A model generated the notes under the pieces. The model saw only the letters and a list, made by a program, of their open reading frames with translations, was not told the origin of the DNA and did not search any database. Position numbers and translations under genes: made by a program. DNA of 64,000 nt from Paramoeba atlantica (Eukaryota > Protista > Discosea). The DNA is taken from the NCBI GenBank assembly GCA_977017575.1, contig CDRNVI010000168.1:64099-128098 (forward strand), written 5' to 3'. Shown piece by piece: positions 37,132 to 48,774 of this stretch. Numbering within the stretch: position 1 is the stretch's first letter; every line of letters begins with the position of its first letter.

Positions 37132-37960
37132 ATGGCAGATGAGAAAGAGAAAAAAGTCTTTTCTCCAAGTAAGATCCCTCTTTCAAATGTTGGAAAGATC
37201 TCTGAATCTTGTCTCGATTATTTGAATATTGAGATGGTTGAATATGTGGTTTCCACTTCCAAAGATTCAAGGGAGGACACTTTTTTGAAGTTGGAAAGGA
37301 TCGGTTTTCTTGTTGGACAAAAACTTGTTCAAAGGTTTGTTATTGTTTCCTTTTTTTGAATTTCTTTTGATGTTTTCTTCCCTAACACTTCTTTTCGAAT
37401 TCCAAAAAAAAAAAAGGTATGCAAAAAATCGCCCACGATTTCATGATACACTGGAGAAAATCAAGTTTGTCTGTAAAGAGTTTTGGCTGGAAGTCTTTCA
37501 AAAACAAGTGGATAAACTTCGAACAAATCACAAGGTTTGGGATTTAATACTTTCGTCGAAATCAAATTCGATTACCACAAAGAAAAAAGATTGGGGTTGA
37601 ATATTGTACAATAATAATTTTTTTTTTCGAAAAGGGTGTTTTCGTTCTTCATGATAACAAATTTCGATGGTTAACACAATTTTCATCACATGGACCATGG
37701 ACAAGAGAAAAGTCACAAAATTATGTTCTATTTCCAAGTGGAATTATACGAGGGGCTTTAAAAGCTCTCGGGGTCTCATGTATTGTTACACCTGAAGCGA
37801 GAGAGATCCCTGCATGTTCGATTTTTCTTACTTTTTCTTTTGTGTGTGTGTAAGTTTTGTTTGTGTGCTTTCTTGGTGATCACTTTTTTTGACACAAAAA
37901 CCATCCTATCCAACAGGTACATTCACTATTGAGATTCTTCAAAATCAAAACAAAAACTAA
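37132..37960 (+). CDS. TRAPPC6: TRAPP subunit 6 (Trs33/Bet3 family), 4 exons
   Basis: LERIGFLVGQKL, KFVCKEFW..VFQKQVDKLRTNHK-GVFVLHD..F, FPSGIIRGAL. Confidence 0.92.
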
Positions 37961-38158
37961 CAAAATTCATCATCACACCATATTTTGTGTGATGAATTGG
38001 AGGGAGGGACTAACCGATAAAAAACACGCTTGTGTGTGTGTGAGTGGGGGAGAAAAGAAATTCTTCCAAATTATTTTCTCTCTGTCAGAAAAGAGAGAGA
38101 GAGAAATAGACTCTCTCTTAATACTTCTCTTTTCTTATTTTTCAAATTTGATCCCTTT

Positions 38159-38875
38159 TTATCTTTTATCTTTTGCTTTCCTCTTTCGAGGGTCAGAACC
38201 AAAGTCATCTCCATCAGCTGCAGCAAGAGCATTTGCAGCAGCCAAACTTTGAACTTCTTGAATTTTCTGAATAATTTGTTTTGCTTGGTCCATATCTCTT
38301 TCTCTCTGTTTTTGAGCAATTTTTGTTTGAGTTTCTGTCGTTTCGATTACTTTAGCTGCTCGGAGCCGCCATTCACTCAAAGTTTCAAACATTCTCTCTA
38401 ACTCTTCGTCTCCTGAGATATCACGTCCAATCTTTTCATCCACAAGTAAAGCTTTTGATTTTTGATCCATCTTTCCTTTCAACACTCCGACATACATTGC
38501 GTCGATGATCAGATCTTCAAGTTCACGAACGTTCGGAAGAGAAAGTTCTTCCAAGAGAAGGGTGTAAGGCAGAACTCTCCTCGAATTTGAAAGAGTAACA
38601 ATTGTGAGTTGCCGAATTTTTTTCTTTTGAATTTCGGGGAGAGAGGCAAACACATTTTCACTCAGATCTTTGACAATTCCAAAAGCAAAAGTTTGGAGAA
38701 GTGGGAAAATCGGAAGAGAGTCGATTCCTGGAATATCCAAGAGTTCTCCAAAAACATAAATCCCAGGATCATTCAGAATTTCTTGGATAATACTCGATCG
38801 TTCTTCTTGAGAAGAACTTTGGGAAAGTTTGGAGAGGTAAGGCCTCAAAGAAGCTTCTTTCATCAACTCTTCCAT
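38159..38875 (-). CDS. COPS7: COP9 signalosome subunit 7 (PCI domain), intronless
   Basis: PGIYVFGELLD, LLQTFAFG, KKIRQLTIVTL, LPYTLLLEEL..NVRELEDLII, GKMDQK, GRDI. Confidence 0.88.
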   Translation of the reverse strand: MEELMKEASLRPYLSKLSQSSSQEERSSIIQEILNDPGIYVFGELLDIPGIDSLPIFPLLQTFAFGIVKDLSENVFASLPEIQKKKIRQLTIVTLSNSRRVLPYTLLLEELSLPNVRELEDLIIDAMYVGVLKGKMDQKSKALLVDEKIGRDISGDEELERMFETLSEWRLRAAKVIETTETQTKIAQKQRERDMDQAKQIIQKIQEVQSLAAANALAAADGDDFGSDPRKRKAKDKR

Positions 38876-38945
38876 CAATTTTCTTTGCAACAAACACAAT
38901 ATTTTTTTTGCAGCAAAAAAACAAAAAAAAAGAGAAAATATGTGC

Positions 38946-38953
38946 TGACGTCA
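38946..38953. promoter_or_regulatory. CRE-like palindrome TGACGTCA in the 224-bp divergent CSN7/CCDC93 promoter
   Basis: Exact palindrome; additional ACACGT cores near 39008 and 39027. Confidence 0.4.
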
Positions 38954-39099
38954 TGAAATATTTTTTGATTTTTAATTTTTAATGTGTTTTTGCACCAAAA
39001 CAAAAATGACACGTAGGATTTTTTTTCACACGTCAGCCAGCTTTTTCTTTGCATTTTGACTTGAGCCAAACAAAGCAACAAGAAGGAAAAGTGTGAAGG

Positions 39100-41085
39100 A
39101 TGACTTCCTTCAAACGCCAACAGTCTGTCGCGATCTATGGTATCGCTGACCAAGATCGATTAGATGGAACACAAGTTGATGCTGAGCAACAAAAAAAGTA
39201 TGAGGAAATTTTAGAGTTGCTTCTTGCTGCTGGATATTTTCGGGCTCGAATCAAAGGTCTTCGTCCTTTTGATAAAGTCATTGGAGGATTGACTTGGAGT
39301 ATTATGAATAGTGCTGTGGATCTCGATGTTGATCTCTTTTTTGAAGAAGGGGCGAAGCTTGGTCAAGAGATCAAACTTGGAGAAGATATTATTCGAACAC
39401 TCCGAAGAATGAAGTGTCCTCATCCTCTCCAATCGAATCAGATCCGAGGTTTAGATTGTGTGAACATCTTTCCTGTTGTTCAATGGTTAGTTAAGAAAGT
39501 GATTGAAACTCGAGAGGAAATGGGAGATCTTCTTCGATCTTTTAGTGTTTATCAGTTTCATCAATCGGATCAACTCCCAGAAGATCGAGCGGCAGAAGAA
39601 CGCCGACCAGCTGCGTCATCTTTTATTGGTGAAGTAGTCGAGCGTTATCAACCTGGACGACAATTTCGAGCCAAAGTTGAATCTGGAAACCAAGATGAAC
39701 GTGTTCAATTGACCTTGTTGGAGTATGGCGATAAATCCGTCTCTGTCGACTTACGTCTTGCAGGCCAGGCACAAAAGAAGACGAAAAAAAGTGCAAGTTT
39801 CGGAGGGAATGTAGCAGCTGCGTCTCTTGGAGCTTCTACTGAAGGAGGTGGAGAAGAAGATTTCTCCTCTCGTTTAGCTGAAGAACAGAAACAAAAGATT
39901 GACAGTCTGATGCAAGGTCTCTCTGCTTTTGAGGGTGATTCATCGAAAGTTTCTGGTGCAAAAGTTGGTGATATTTTGAATTTTCAGTCGAGCGAATTAT
40001 TACAAGTGGTCCAGATGCACGCAGAAGAACATGAAAAGATCAAAGTTAAGTTGGAAGAAATTATGGCTGCAGAAGATTACGCAGATTTGCAACATCGTCG
40101 ACAACTCGAAAAGAGGAAACAAAAGATGGGAAAGTTACAACAACAAATGGAAGAAATTGCGGAAGTTTATAATTCCACCAAATCCGAATTGGAAGAACTT
40201 TCTGAATCTCTTGAGAAGCAACAAAATCTCAACAAAAGGATCGTTGAGGTAATTTTTCTTTTTTTCTCCTCTCTCAATTATTTTTTTAAATCATTTTTTT
40301 TTTTTTGGATATGTCATCCAAAAAAAAAACATATTTTAACACAAAAACAAAAGGAAATTGAGCGATTGAACGCATTGGAGACTCCAGAAAACTCAGACGA
40401 TTTGAAAATGTTGAAAGGTCTTGTTGCTCTCAACGAAAACCTCAAACAACAAGAAAAAGACTTCCGTGCGAGTTGTATTAAAGAGAGAAAGAGACTGCAA
40501 GATCTTTTGGCGAACGATCAACTCTCTCCAGAAGATGAAGAAGAGTTACAGAGGATTGAGATGATTGAGCAAACACATAAAGAAGATTCAGAGAAGTTGA
40601 ATATGTTGAAATCGATGTGCGCGAAGAAGACAAGAGATATTGTGATGGTTAAGAGGAAGATTGACGAAATCCCTTCTCGTACTGAATTAACGCAATACCA
40701 ACAAGCTCTCTTAGATTTATACGAACAAGTTGATGCGAAGTTGAACGAAACAAGGCAATACTTTAGTACCTACAACACGTTGTCGAATACCCTTGAATTC
40801 TGGCAAAGCGAGGTCCAATTGATGGAAAGTATCAGTGGGAACTACAAAATTGCGATGAAAAACGAAAAATCAAGAGAAGCGTTCTTGAAACAATTACAAC
40901 AGAAGTTAGATCTTGTCAAAGAAAATATCGACAAAGCGAACGATCGTTTGGCGAATGAAAAGGGTGCTCTTGAGCTTGTGAAGAAGAAGTACGGAGCTCT
41001 CTTGGAGAAAGAGAGAGCTTACTTTAAAGCAACCAAGGAATTTCAAGAGGAATGTGCATTGAATGAAAAGCTTCGAGGAGAATAA
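39100..41085 (+). CDS. CCDC93: CCDC93 (Commander/CCC complex); intron 40249-40353
   Basis: LLLAAGYFRARIKGL.PFDKVIGG.TW, MKCPH.L...QIRGLD...IFPVVQWLVK, KIDEIPSRTELTQYQ. The 105-nt intron is in frame and stop-free. Confidence 0.93.
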   Translation: MTSFKRQQSVAIYGIADQDRLDGTQVDAEQQKKYEEILELLLAAGYFRARIKGLRPFDKVIGGLTWSIMNSAVDLDVDLFFEEGAKLGQEIKLGEDIIRTLRRMKCPHPLQSNQIRGLDCVNIFPVVQWLVKKVIETREEMGDLLRSFSVYQFHQSDQLPEDRAAEERRPAASSFIGEVVERYQPGRQFRAKVESGNQDERVQLTLLEYGDKSVSVDLRLAGQAQKKTKKSASFGGNVAAASLGASTEGGGEEDFSSRLAEEQKQKIDSLMQGLSAFEGDSSKVSGAKVGDILNFQSSELLQVVQMHAEEHEKIKVKLEEIMAAEDYADLQHRRQLEKRKQKMGKLQQQMEEIAEVYNSTKSELEELSESLEKQQNLNKRIVEVIFLFFSSLNYFFKSFFFFWICHPKKKHILTQKQKEIERLNALETPENSDDLKMLKGLVALNENLKQQEKDFRASCIKERKRLQDLLANDQLSPEDEEELQRIEMIEQTHKEDSEKLNMLKSMCAKKTRDIVMVKRKIDEIPSRTELTQYQQALLDLYEQVDAKLNETRQYFSTYNTLSNTLEFWQSEVQLMESISGNYKIAMKNEKSREAFLKQLQQKLDLVKENIDKANDRLANEKGALELVKKKYGALLEKERAYFKATKEFQEECALNEKLRGE

Positions 41086-41329
41086 TATCTCGTTGGAAGG
41101 ATTGGAAGGGAGAAACAAATAAAAAAGGCTTGAAAATGTGGCTTGAATGTGAGATGAGAAAGTGAGAGTGTTTTTGCTCTCTTTTTTAGCGTTTGTTTAG
41201 AGATCTATTTCTTTTATCTCTTTTTGCTCTTTTTGTTGAGTTTTGTGAAGAAAAGGGTGTTTTGTTTTTTCAAGGAAAGGAAGAAAGAAGAACAACGAAC
41301 CAAAAAAAGAGCAAACAAAAAAAGACATT

Positions 41330-43300
41330 ATGTTTCACCTTAGAAGACCATCAAATCACACTTTCAAATTGTTTTGTCAGTTGATGAAAAAAGAAGATTC
41401 GATTTCTTATTCTTTTCCTCGTTCTCTTCTTTCTTTTCATCCTCAAGCAGCAAAATCGATATCGTCTTCTTCTCCAATTCTCTCTCTTGTTTCTGGTTCA
41501 CCTTCTTCTTCTTCTTCTTTCTCGTTTCTTCCTCCTTCTCTTCCTTCCCTGAGACACACCCAAACCCTCTCCTCTCTGGACAAAACAACAAATAGAATCA
41601 TCGAGTTAAAAGAGCTTCCTCATCGTTGTGACTGGGATCTCGACTCAGAAGGAACTTGGAAATGGAAAGAAGAATCAAAACCCCAAACAATCTTAATTGT
41701 GAAAAGAGAAAAAGATTTAAAGAGCGAAAAAGTTCTGGGGGAGATGTGTGAATGGTTGAAAAAAGAATGGCCAGATGTGAGAGTTTTGGTTGATCCACAG
41801 ACTTTTTCTGATCTTGGTGCTGGGTTTGATCTTGATACGTTTCATTCTCCTCCAATTGATGGTTTTCTCTTCTTTTTTCTTTTCTTTTCTTTTCTTTTCT
41901 CTTTTTCCCCTTGTCTCTCTTCTTTCTCTCTCTCTCTTCTTCTTCTTCATCCTTATCTTAACCCTCAAATCCACAGAGAATGGATTAGAATCAGGGGATC
42001 TCTGCGAAATTGCTCGACAACTCTCTGAAAAAATCGATCTTGTAATCTCTCTTGGTGGTGATGGTACTCTTTTAAGAGCTTGTTCGATGTTTCGAGCTGA
42101 GGTTTTTGGATTTTTTTTTTGTTGTGCTTTGGTTTTGGTTTGTGGAGGGGGTTTTGTGAATCTGGTTTTATGAATTTTGAACTTTTATTTCCTCTTTTTG
42201 AGAAACCCTTTATTACCTTTCTTTTCATGTTAATTAACTGTTCTCTTCTCTCTCTCCCTCTCTCCAAGGTCCCCCCCGTTATAGCATTTCACATGGGAAC
42301 AGTGGGATTTATGACAAATGCTCGAGCTGAAAATTTTAAAGAAGAGATCTCCCGAGTTATGGCTGGGTTCTTTTTTTTTGTCTTTCTCTCCCAAACTTCC
42401 CTGTCTTCATTTTTAATCTCTTTCGGAACTTTCTGACAACAAAAATAGAAATTTTATTTGTTCTTCGAGACAAAGATTAAAGTGTCGTCTTGTTCGAAAT
42501 GATAAACCAATCCATTTGTTTCGTTGTCTCAATGATGTTGCTTTCCACAAGTCTTTTCTCTCTCTTGCTCTTATCGTTTTTTATCCTGTTTTTTTTGTTC
42601 CGTTTGTTTTTTGTTTTTTTCTCTTTAATCTCTGATTTTCTTTTTCCCTTTTTCTCAACCATAGCGGAACAAGACGGTCAATCATGTGTACACTCGATTT
42701 GACTATCAATGGAAGACCTGTCACCACATTGCAAGGTGATGGTCTTGTTATCTCTACTGCAAGTGGATCCACTGCTTACTCTCTTTCTTGTGGAGGTAAT
42801 TGAAAGTTATTTTTAATTTTTTTTTCTCTCTTTTCTTTTTTTAAGATTGATTATGGTTTGAAAAATCTCAAAATTTGCGAATAACTCACCCTTTTTCTTT
42901 TTTCATCTCTCCCTTTAAAAAAAATCAACATTCAGGTCCTGTGATGCACCCAGAATGTACAGGGTTGGTTGTAACACCTATTGCTCCTCGTTCTCTCTCC
43001 TTTCGGCCCATCTTAGTTCCTTGGGATACAGAAATTGTTGTCTCTGAATCTGTTGATAATCGATCAGGTGTTGTTATGATGTCGTTTGATGGGAGACATT
43101 CAGTCCCTTTGCAAAAGGGAGATCACCTCTTTGTATGTTTTTCTTTTCTTTTTTTTTTTCTTAATTTTTTTTCTTATCTTTTCTTCATTGGCTTTCAGGT
43201 TGAAACAACGAGACACTCAGCAAATCTTGTCTGTATTGAGAATTCAATGACAGATTGGCTCCGGGCACTCCAAGGTCGACTTCATTGGAACTTCCAGTAG
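41330..43300 (+). CDS. NADK: NAD(+) kinase, 6 exons
   Basis: VISLGGDGTLL, FHMGTVGFM, LNDV, GDGLVISTASGSTAYSLSCGG, TPIAPRSLSFRP, L.WN. Start codon uncertain. Confidence 0.9.
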
Positions 43301-43465
43301 TAGACCCCTTTCTCTCTCATCCATCACATATGTTCTTTTTCGAGACAAAAACAAAAGGCTCACCTCATGACCCAGAACATCATGAGATGTACTTTTTTTT
43401 TTTAAAGAAGAAGAAAAAACACTTCCTACGAGCTCGCCAAGCTCTTTAACTTAGTTAAAAATATT

Positions 43466-44395
43466 TTATTTTATTTGTGATGGTAATAAGACTGATCTCT
43501 TTGCAATATTTTGTGGATACAAAGGGGGAGCTTGTTGTAATCCAGGACCCAACAATTCCTCCATTCTCTCCAACCAAACCCTCAACTTTCCACCTCTCAA
43601 TGTTTTATTTGAAAATTTGTGAAAGAATTCTTCTTCGCCTATCAACCCTGAACCTTCGACCATGTAGACAAACGCATAAACAGAAATATCATTCAAAGTA
43701 GCTCGATCTCTTTCAAAAAAGAAAGGTCCTTCCCCTAAATACTCGAGCAAATCCTCAACAATTCCGTCTTTCATCCCTTTCAAAGATCCATATTTTTGTT
43801 TCACTTTTTCTCCTTCGGTTTGGATAAACTTGGTTCGGTCTGAGAAACGAAGAATGAGACCCCAAAAAGGACGAATAATCGCAGGAACACCACCAGAAGT
43901 TTTGTTTATCATGCTCGAATAATCCCACGCTAAGTCGAGGGACTTGAAGAATTCTTCGTTTTGGGTCATCAGAAAAAAAAAAGAAGCAAAAAGCGTTTCA
44001 TCTACAAATCCCTTTTCGAAATCCAAGATCTCTTTTTTCGACACTTGATTTTGTTCTTCTGTTGGCAATAATGAATTGGCAGGGAAGAGTTTATCAAGCC
44101 AGACAGCAATGGAAGTCGAATCATCCATCCATTTACAAGTTTTGTTTGTTCCTTCAACGAAAGGTGCTTCATCATCTTCAGACCAACCATCATCGTTCTT
44201 CACCATGACGGCTGGGATCGTTCGGGCATTGAATTCTTTTCCAGTAAAATCCAATTCTTCTTTTGTAAAAGTATTCACATACACAAGTTTAAAGGGGATG
44301 TTCTTCGAGACAAGAGTCCAGTACGTTCGATTTCCAAATGGAGAAGCAGCATAAGTGAAGAATGTAACTTCTTTCTCTCCTTCGTCTGAACTCAT
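43466..44395 (-). CDS. Glutathione S-transferase-fold protein, intronless
   Basis: YAASPF, IPFKLVYVN, TIPAV cis-Pro, DSTSIA.WL, PFFF..ATLNDISVY N-cap motif. Confidence 0.8.
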   Translation of the reverse strand: MSSDEGEKEVTFFTYAASPFGNRTYWTLVSKNIPFKLVYVNTFTKEELDFTGKEFNARTIPAVMVKNDDGWSEDDEAPFVEGTNKTCKWMDDSTSIAVWLDKLFPANSLLPTEEQNQVSKKEILDFEKGFVDETLFASFFFLMTQNEEFFKSLDLAWDYSSMINKTSGGVPAIIRPFWGLILRFSDRTKFIQTEGEKVKQKYGSLKGMKDGIVEDLLEYLGEGPFFFERDRATLNDISVYAFVYMVEGSGLIGEEEFFHKFSNKTLRGGKLRVWLERMEELLGPGLQQAPPLYPQNIAKRSVLLPSQIK

Positions 44396-44644
44396 ATTGA
44401 TCTCGCCGGGAAACTTAAAAAAGAGTCACCCCACGCGTCCTTGACACCTGAAAGAAACTTTCTTCCACTCGGAAAGGAAATTTCATAGGGGACCTAATTC
44501 CGACACTTTGTTCCCCCACAAATTATGACGCAACAAAATGACGCCCCATCCCCTCTCAAAAAGTGTAATTGACGAACAGAGAAAGGTTTTGGAGAAGTCG
44601 GGTGTGAGACAAAGGGAGAAAATTCCGTTTCTTCCTTTCAAATG

Positions 44645-47600
44645 GAGAGCTCTAAAATGAAGAGCTCTAAAATTAAGATCTCTAAAAAATTTGTTTTGTT
44701 TTTTGTGTTGGGGAAAGATGGTTGTGTGGCATCAAACAGAGGACAAGGGTTCAGAGGCTTAGGGTGGCTCAAAGTTTGGAGAAATGGCCAAGAGGACTTT
44801 TTGATTAATTGTTCTGGTTTTTGGTTTTTTATCTTTTTTTGACCAAAGAACATTTTTCCTTTTTCGTTTTGGCGTTCCCAACAAGAGAAAAGGAGGGATA
44901 TGTCTGTGTGTCAAACCTGGGGATTCCTTTGCCCTCTTTTTTTTTAACCAAATAGTCAAAATTAAAACGAAAAATCTTTCCAAAAACATTTCTGGATGGT
45001 TTTTCCATCCGCCTTTAGTTTTCGCTGAAAATTGACGAAAGTGACGCGAACTTTCCTTTTCTTTTGACCCTTTCCGTTTGGTTTTTTTCTTTTTTGCTGT
45101 GGCAACAACCAAGAAAACGACATGAAGTCCCTTTTTTTGTTGTTGTGTCTTTTGTACACTGTTGCTTCTGGTACCTCCACTGTCAAGAACAAGCAAAAGA
45201 TGAGAGACCCTTTGGAGAATCTTCTCGACAAAGCCCAGTTTCAATTGGATTCTTTCCAAAGCGACTTCCCTCCTGCTAACTCGTTATCCAAGCGAGGTTT
45301 TTGCCCCGGTGATGATGGTTTTGAAATCGAACCTTGTGATGGGTGCAGCATTGTCCACAAATGGGCCAATGAGCAGATTGTAACCTATGATGATAGTGAT
45401 GATAGTGATGACGATTTTACCTTTGAAAAAATTGTGACAAAGATTATTTTGGACTTCAAGGACAATAATACACTCACTATTTCCACTGTGTTCACTTTCT
45501 TTCTTTCTGAACAAGCTGGTTATTTTATTTATTTTATTTATTTTATTTTTATTCTTGCTAATTTTTTGTTTAGCTGATCACTACAATGAGTTTGCTGAGG
45601 AACATGATGACTGCTCTGAGATTGACAAAGACAAATACTTCCTTAAGGTGACCCAGAATATTCGATATTCTTATGATTTTGCCGATTGTGATTTGACTTA
45701 TTGTGGGCCAAGTGACACCGATTGCTGGGAATCTAGCGAATCACAAGGGGAACTCTGTGGCTTAGAAAAAATCGATACTGATTTTTCCATCAATGACGAC
45801 TGTGGAGATCTCCCAACTGTCACCTATAATCAAGTTGAATTCCTTGAGGATTGTTCCTTTCTTGACCTATTCCCTGAGACTGATGGTCTTTTTTTCATTT
45901 ATAAAAAAGTGATTGAATCTCCAACTCCAACTCCATCTCCTTCATCACCTTTTTCAATTTCTCCAACACCTTCACCCCCATCACCTTTTTCAATTTCTCC
46001 AACACCGTCACCCCCATCACCATTTTCAATTTCTCCAGCACCTTCACCCTCATCTTCATCTTCGTCTTTTTGGAAATATTTATTATTTTTTGTTGTTGGT
46101 GCGATCGTTGGTTGTCTCCTTGTTTTAATTGTTTTTGGAGTATTTTTTTGGATGAAAAGGAAAAATGAGCAAAAATATCATGATGGTTCAGATTTACTGC
46201 TCAATGACGATGAAGAGGAATATTAATTTCGTTCGATACTCTTTTAATTGAGAGGAACGAATCAAGATTGCAAAGAGAAATTTTGATTAAAATAAAAGGT
46301 CTCTTTCATGTGTAAACTTTAGTGGTTGGAATTTGTCTCAAAGATCCTTCTCTTCAGCTCTTCAAAACCTTTCAACAAAATCGTTGTGTCAAATACACAG
46401 GGTATTGTGCTAAATGAAGAGCTCTAAAAAATTTGTTTTGTTTTTGTGTTTTGGTTTTTTTGTTGGGAAAGATGATGGTTGGTGGGTCAGCATAGTTATC
46501 AACAGAGGACGAGGAATCAAAGGCTTGTGGCTCAAAAAGTCTGGAAACATGGCCAATAGAACTTTTTGATTGGTTGTTCTGGTTTTTGGTTTTTTTTCTT
46601 TTTGACCAAAGAACGTTTTTCCTTTTTCGTTTTGGCGTTCCCAACAAGAGAAAAGGAGGGATAAGTCTGTGTGTCAAATCTGGAGATTCCTTTGCCCTCT
46701 TTTTTTTAACCAAATAGAATATTGGGTGTTATTAACATCCTTTAGACTACAAAAAGTGAGTATTCACTTTTTGGCTCAATTTGCAGCTTCAACAGAATGG
46801 TCCCCTACCCCAACTTATCCTCCTTGGGACATGCCACGGGGGGGTTAATGGTGATTTTGTTGAGCTTTTGTTTCGGGTGTTCCTTTTTGTATGGGGTCGC
46901 TTTTGGGTTTTTGAAAAACCTCAGAGACGAATTTTCCTTCAAAAACCCTTTCGAATTCAAAGACTCCACGAAGGTTTTTATCAGGAGTTTTTTTTTTTGA
47001 AAAACTTGTGACACCCCCTCTGATCACGTGTTCTTTTAAAGTTTTCGCTGAAAACTCAGAAAGCGACAAGAACTTTCCTCAGTTTTTGTTTCGTTTGTTT
47101 TCCATTTGGTTTTTTTCTTTTTTGCTGTGGCAACAACCGAGAAAACGATATGAAGTCCCTTTTGTTGTTGTGTCTGTTGTACACTGTTGCTTCTGGTACC
47201 TTCACTGTCAGGACCAAGCAAAAGATGAGAGACCCTTTGGAGAATCTTCTCGACAAAGCCCAGTTTCGATTGGATTCTTTCCAAAGCGACTTCCCTCCTG
47301 CTAACTCGTTATCCAAGCGAGGTGTTTGCCCCGGTGATGAAGGTTTTAAAATCGAACCTTGTGATGGGTGCAGCATTGTCCACAAATGGGCCAATGAGCA
47401 GATTGAAACCTACGATGATAGTGATGTTCTGTTTGAAAAAATCGTGACAAAGTCTATCTTGGACTTCAAGGACAACAATACACTCACTATTTCCACTGTG
47501 TCCACATTCTTTCTTTCTGAACAAGCTGGTTATTTTATTTATTTTATTTATTTTATTTTTATTATTGCTAATTTTTTGTTTAGCTGATCAATACAATGAG

Positions 47601-47945
47601 TTTGCTGAGGAACATGATGACTGCTCTGAGATTGACAAAGACAAATACATCCTTAAGGTGACCCAGGATTTTCGTTATTCTTATGATTTTACCGATTGTG
47701 ATTTGACTTATTGTGGACAAAATAACACCGATTGCCCTGTATCTTACGAGACACAGAAACTCTGTGACAAGATCGATACTGATTTTGACAGCGACGACAA
47801 CTGTGCAGCTACCCCAACCATTTACTTTGATGATGTTGAATTCCGTGCTAATTGTTCTATTCTTATCCTTTGGGGTGGTCCTAATTACATTTATAAAAAA
47901 GTGATTGAATCTCCAACTCCATCTCCCTCCTCGCCATTTTCAATT
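44645..47945 (+). repeat. Direct segmental duplication: about 44645-45960 versus about 46410-47945
   Basis: Long near-identical stretches (e.g. gaccaaagaac.tttttcctttttcgttttggcgttcccaacaagagaaaaggaggga); same 55-nt intron in both copies. Confidence 0.9.
45122..46226 (+). CDS. Type I membrane protein X1: signal peptide, Cys-rich ectodomain, (SPTPSPPSPFSI)x3 stalk, TM, acidic tail; intron 45519-45573
   Basis: Two ORFs join in phase 1; TM YLLFFVVGAIVGCLLVLIVFGVFFW; tail DGSDLLLNDDEEEY. Confidence 0.8.
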
Positions 47946-47969
47946 CAGCTTGGTGGAAGTTATCTGTGA
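47150..47969 (+). CDS. Secreted paralogue X2 lacking TM and tail; intron 47529-47583
   Basis: Homologous to X1 up to the first S/P repeat, then QLGGSYL*. Confidence 0.75.
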
Positions 47970-48150
47970 TGGTTTTGAATGGAAGTGACTGTTGAATGTT
48001 TTGAAAGAGAGACTTGTTTTCTTTTTTTAGTTTTCCTTTTCATAAATAGAACCTTGATTGATCTGTTTGTGGCTTGAAAGTACTCCATCTTAACTGAGAG
48101 AGCTAAATGAGGGCTCTAAAATCGAGTTTTTTGTTTTTTGTGGTCAAAAT

Positions 48151-48430
48151 ACTGATCTCTTTGCAATATTTTGTGGATACAAAGGAGGAGCTTGTTGTAA
48201 TCCAGGACCCAACAATTCCTCCATTCTCTCCAACCAAACCCTCAACTTTCCACCTTTCAATTTCTTCTCTGAAAATTTGTGGAAGAATCTTTCATTGTTT
48301 GTTCCTGAACCTTCAACCATGTAGAAAAACGCATCATCAGAAATATCATTCAAAGTAGCTCGATCTCTTTCAAAAAAGAAAGATCCCTTCCCCTAAATAC
48401 CCGATCAAATTTTGTCTTTCATCCCTTTCA
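48151..48430 (-). pseudogene. 5'-truncated copy of the 3' end of the GST gene
   Basis: Matches 43491-43782 (RVWLERMEELLGPGLQQAPPLYPQNIAKR identical); no N-terminal domain. Confidence 0.85.
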
Positions 48431-48774
48431 ATTCCCCTACCAGCACCCTCATCTTCACCCTCATTTTGTTGTGATTTTTTTCTTGTGCAATAGAAACTTT
48501 TGAAAAAAAAAAAGAATCATTTTTAAAAACCAAAAAGAAGAGACTTTTCTTATTTTTTCAAGTTGTGGCGAGACTGAGTTTGTATTTTCTAACCTCGTTT
48601 TCTCCTCCATTCCTTTGTCGCTCCTTTTGAGGATTGCAAAAAATAATTTGAATCGACATTAAAAAAGTTTGGGAATGAGTCAAACGAGTGTGTTGGTTGT
48701 TAAAAACCATGGTGTAAAAAGACAAAACTTCAGTCATATTCTTCCGAAAAGAAGAGACAGAAGAAAGCACATCT

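Noticed and set aside
40249-40353. Apparent hydrophobic insertion in CCDC93 (also 55717-55833 in the oxygenase)
   Set aside because: Stop-free 3n GT-AG introns. The paralogous oxygenase intron is 116 nt, which confirms splicing.
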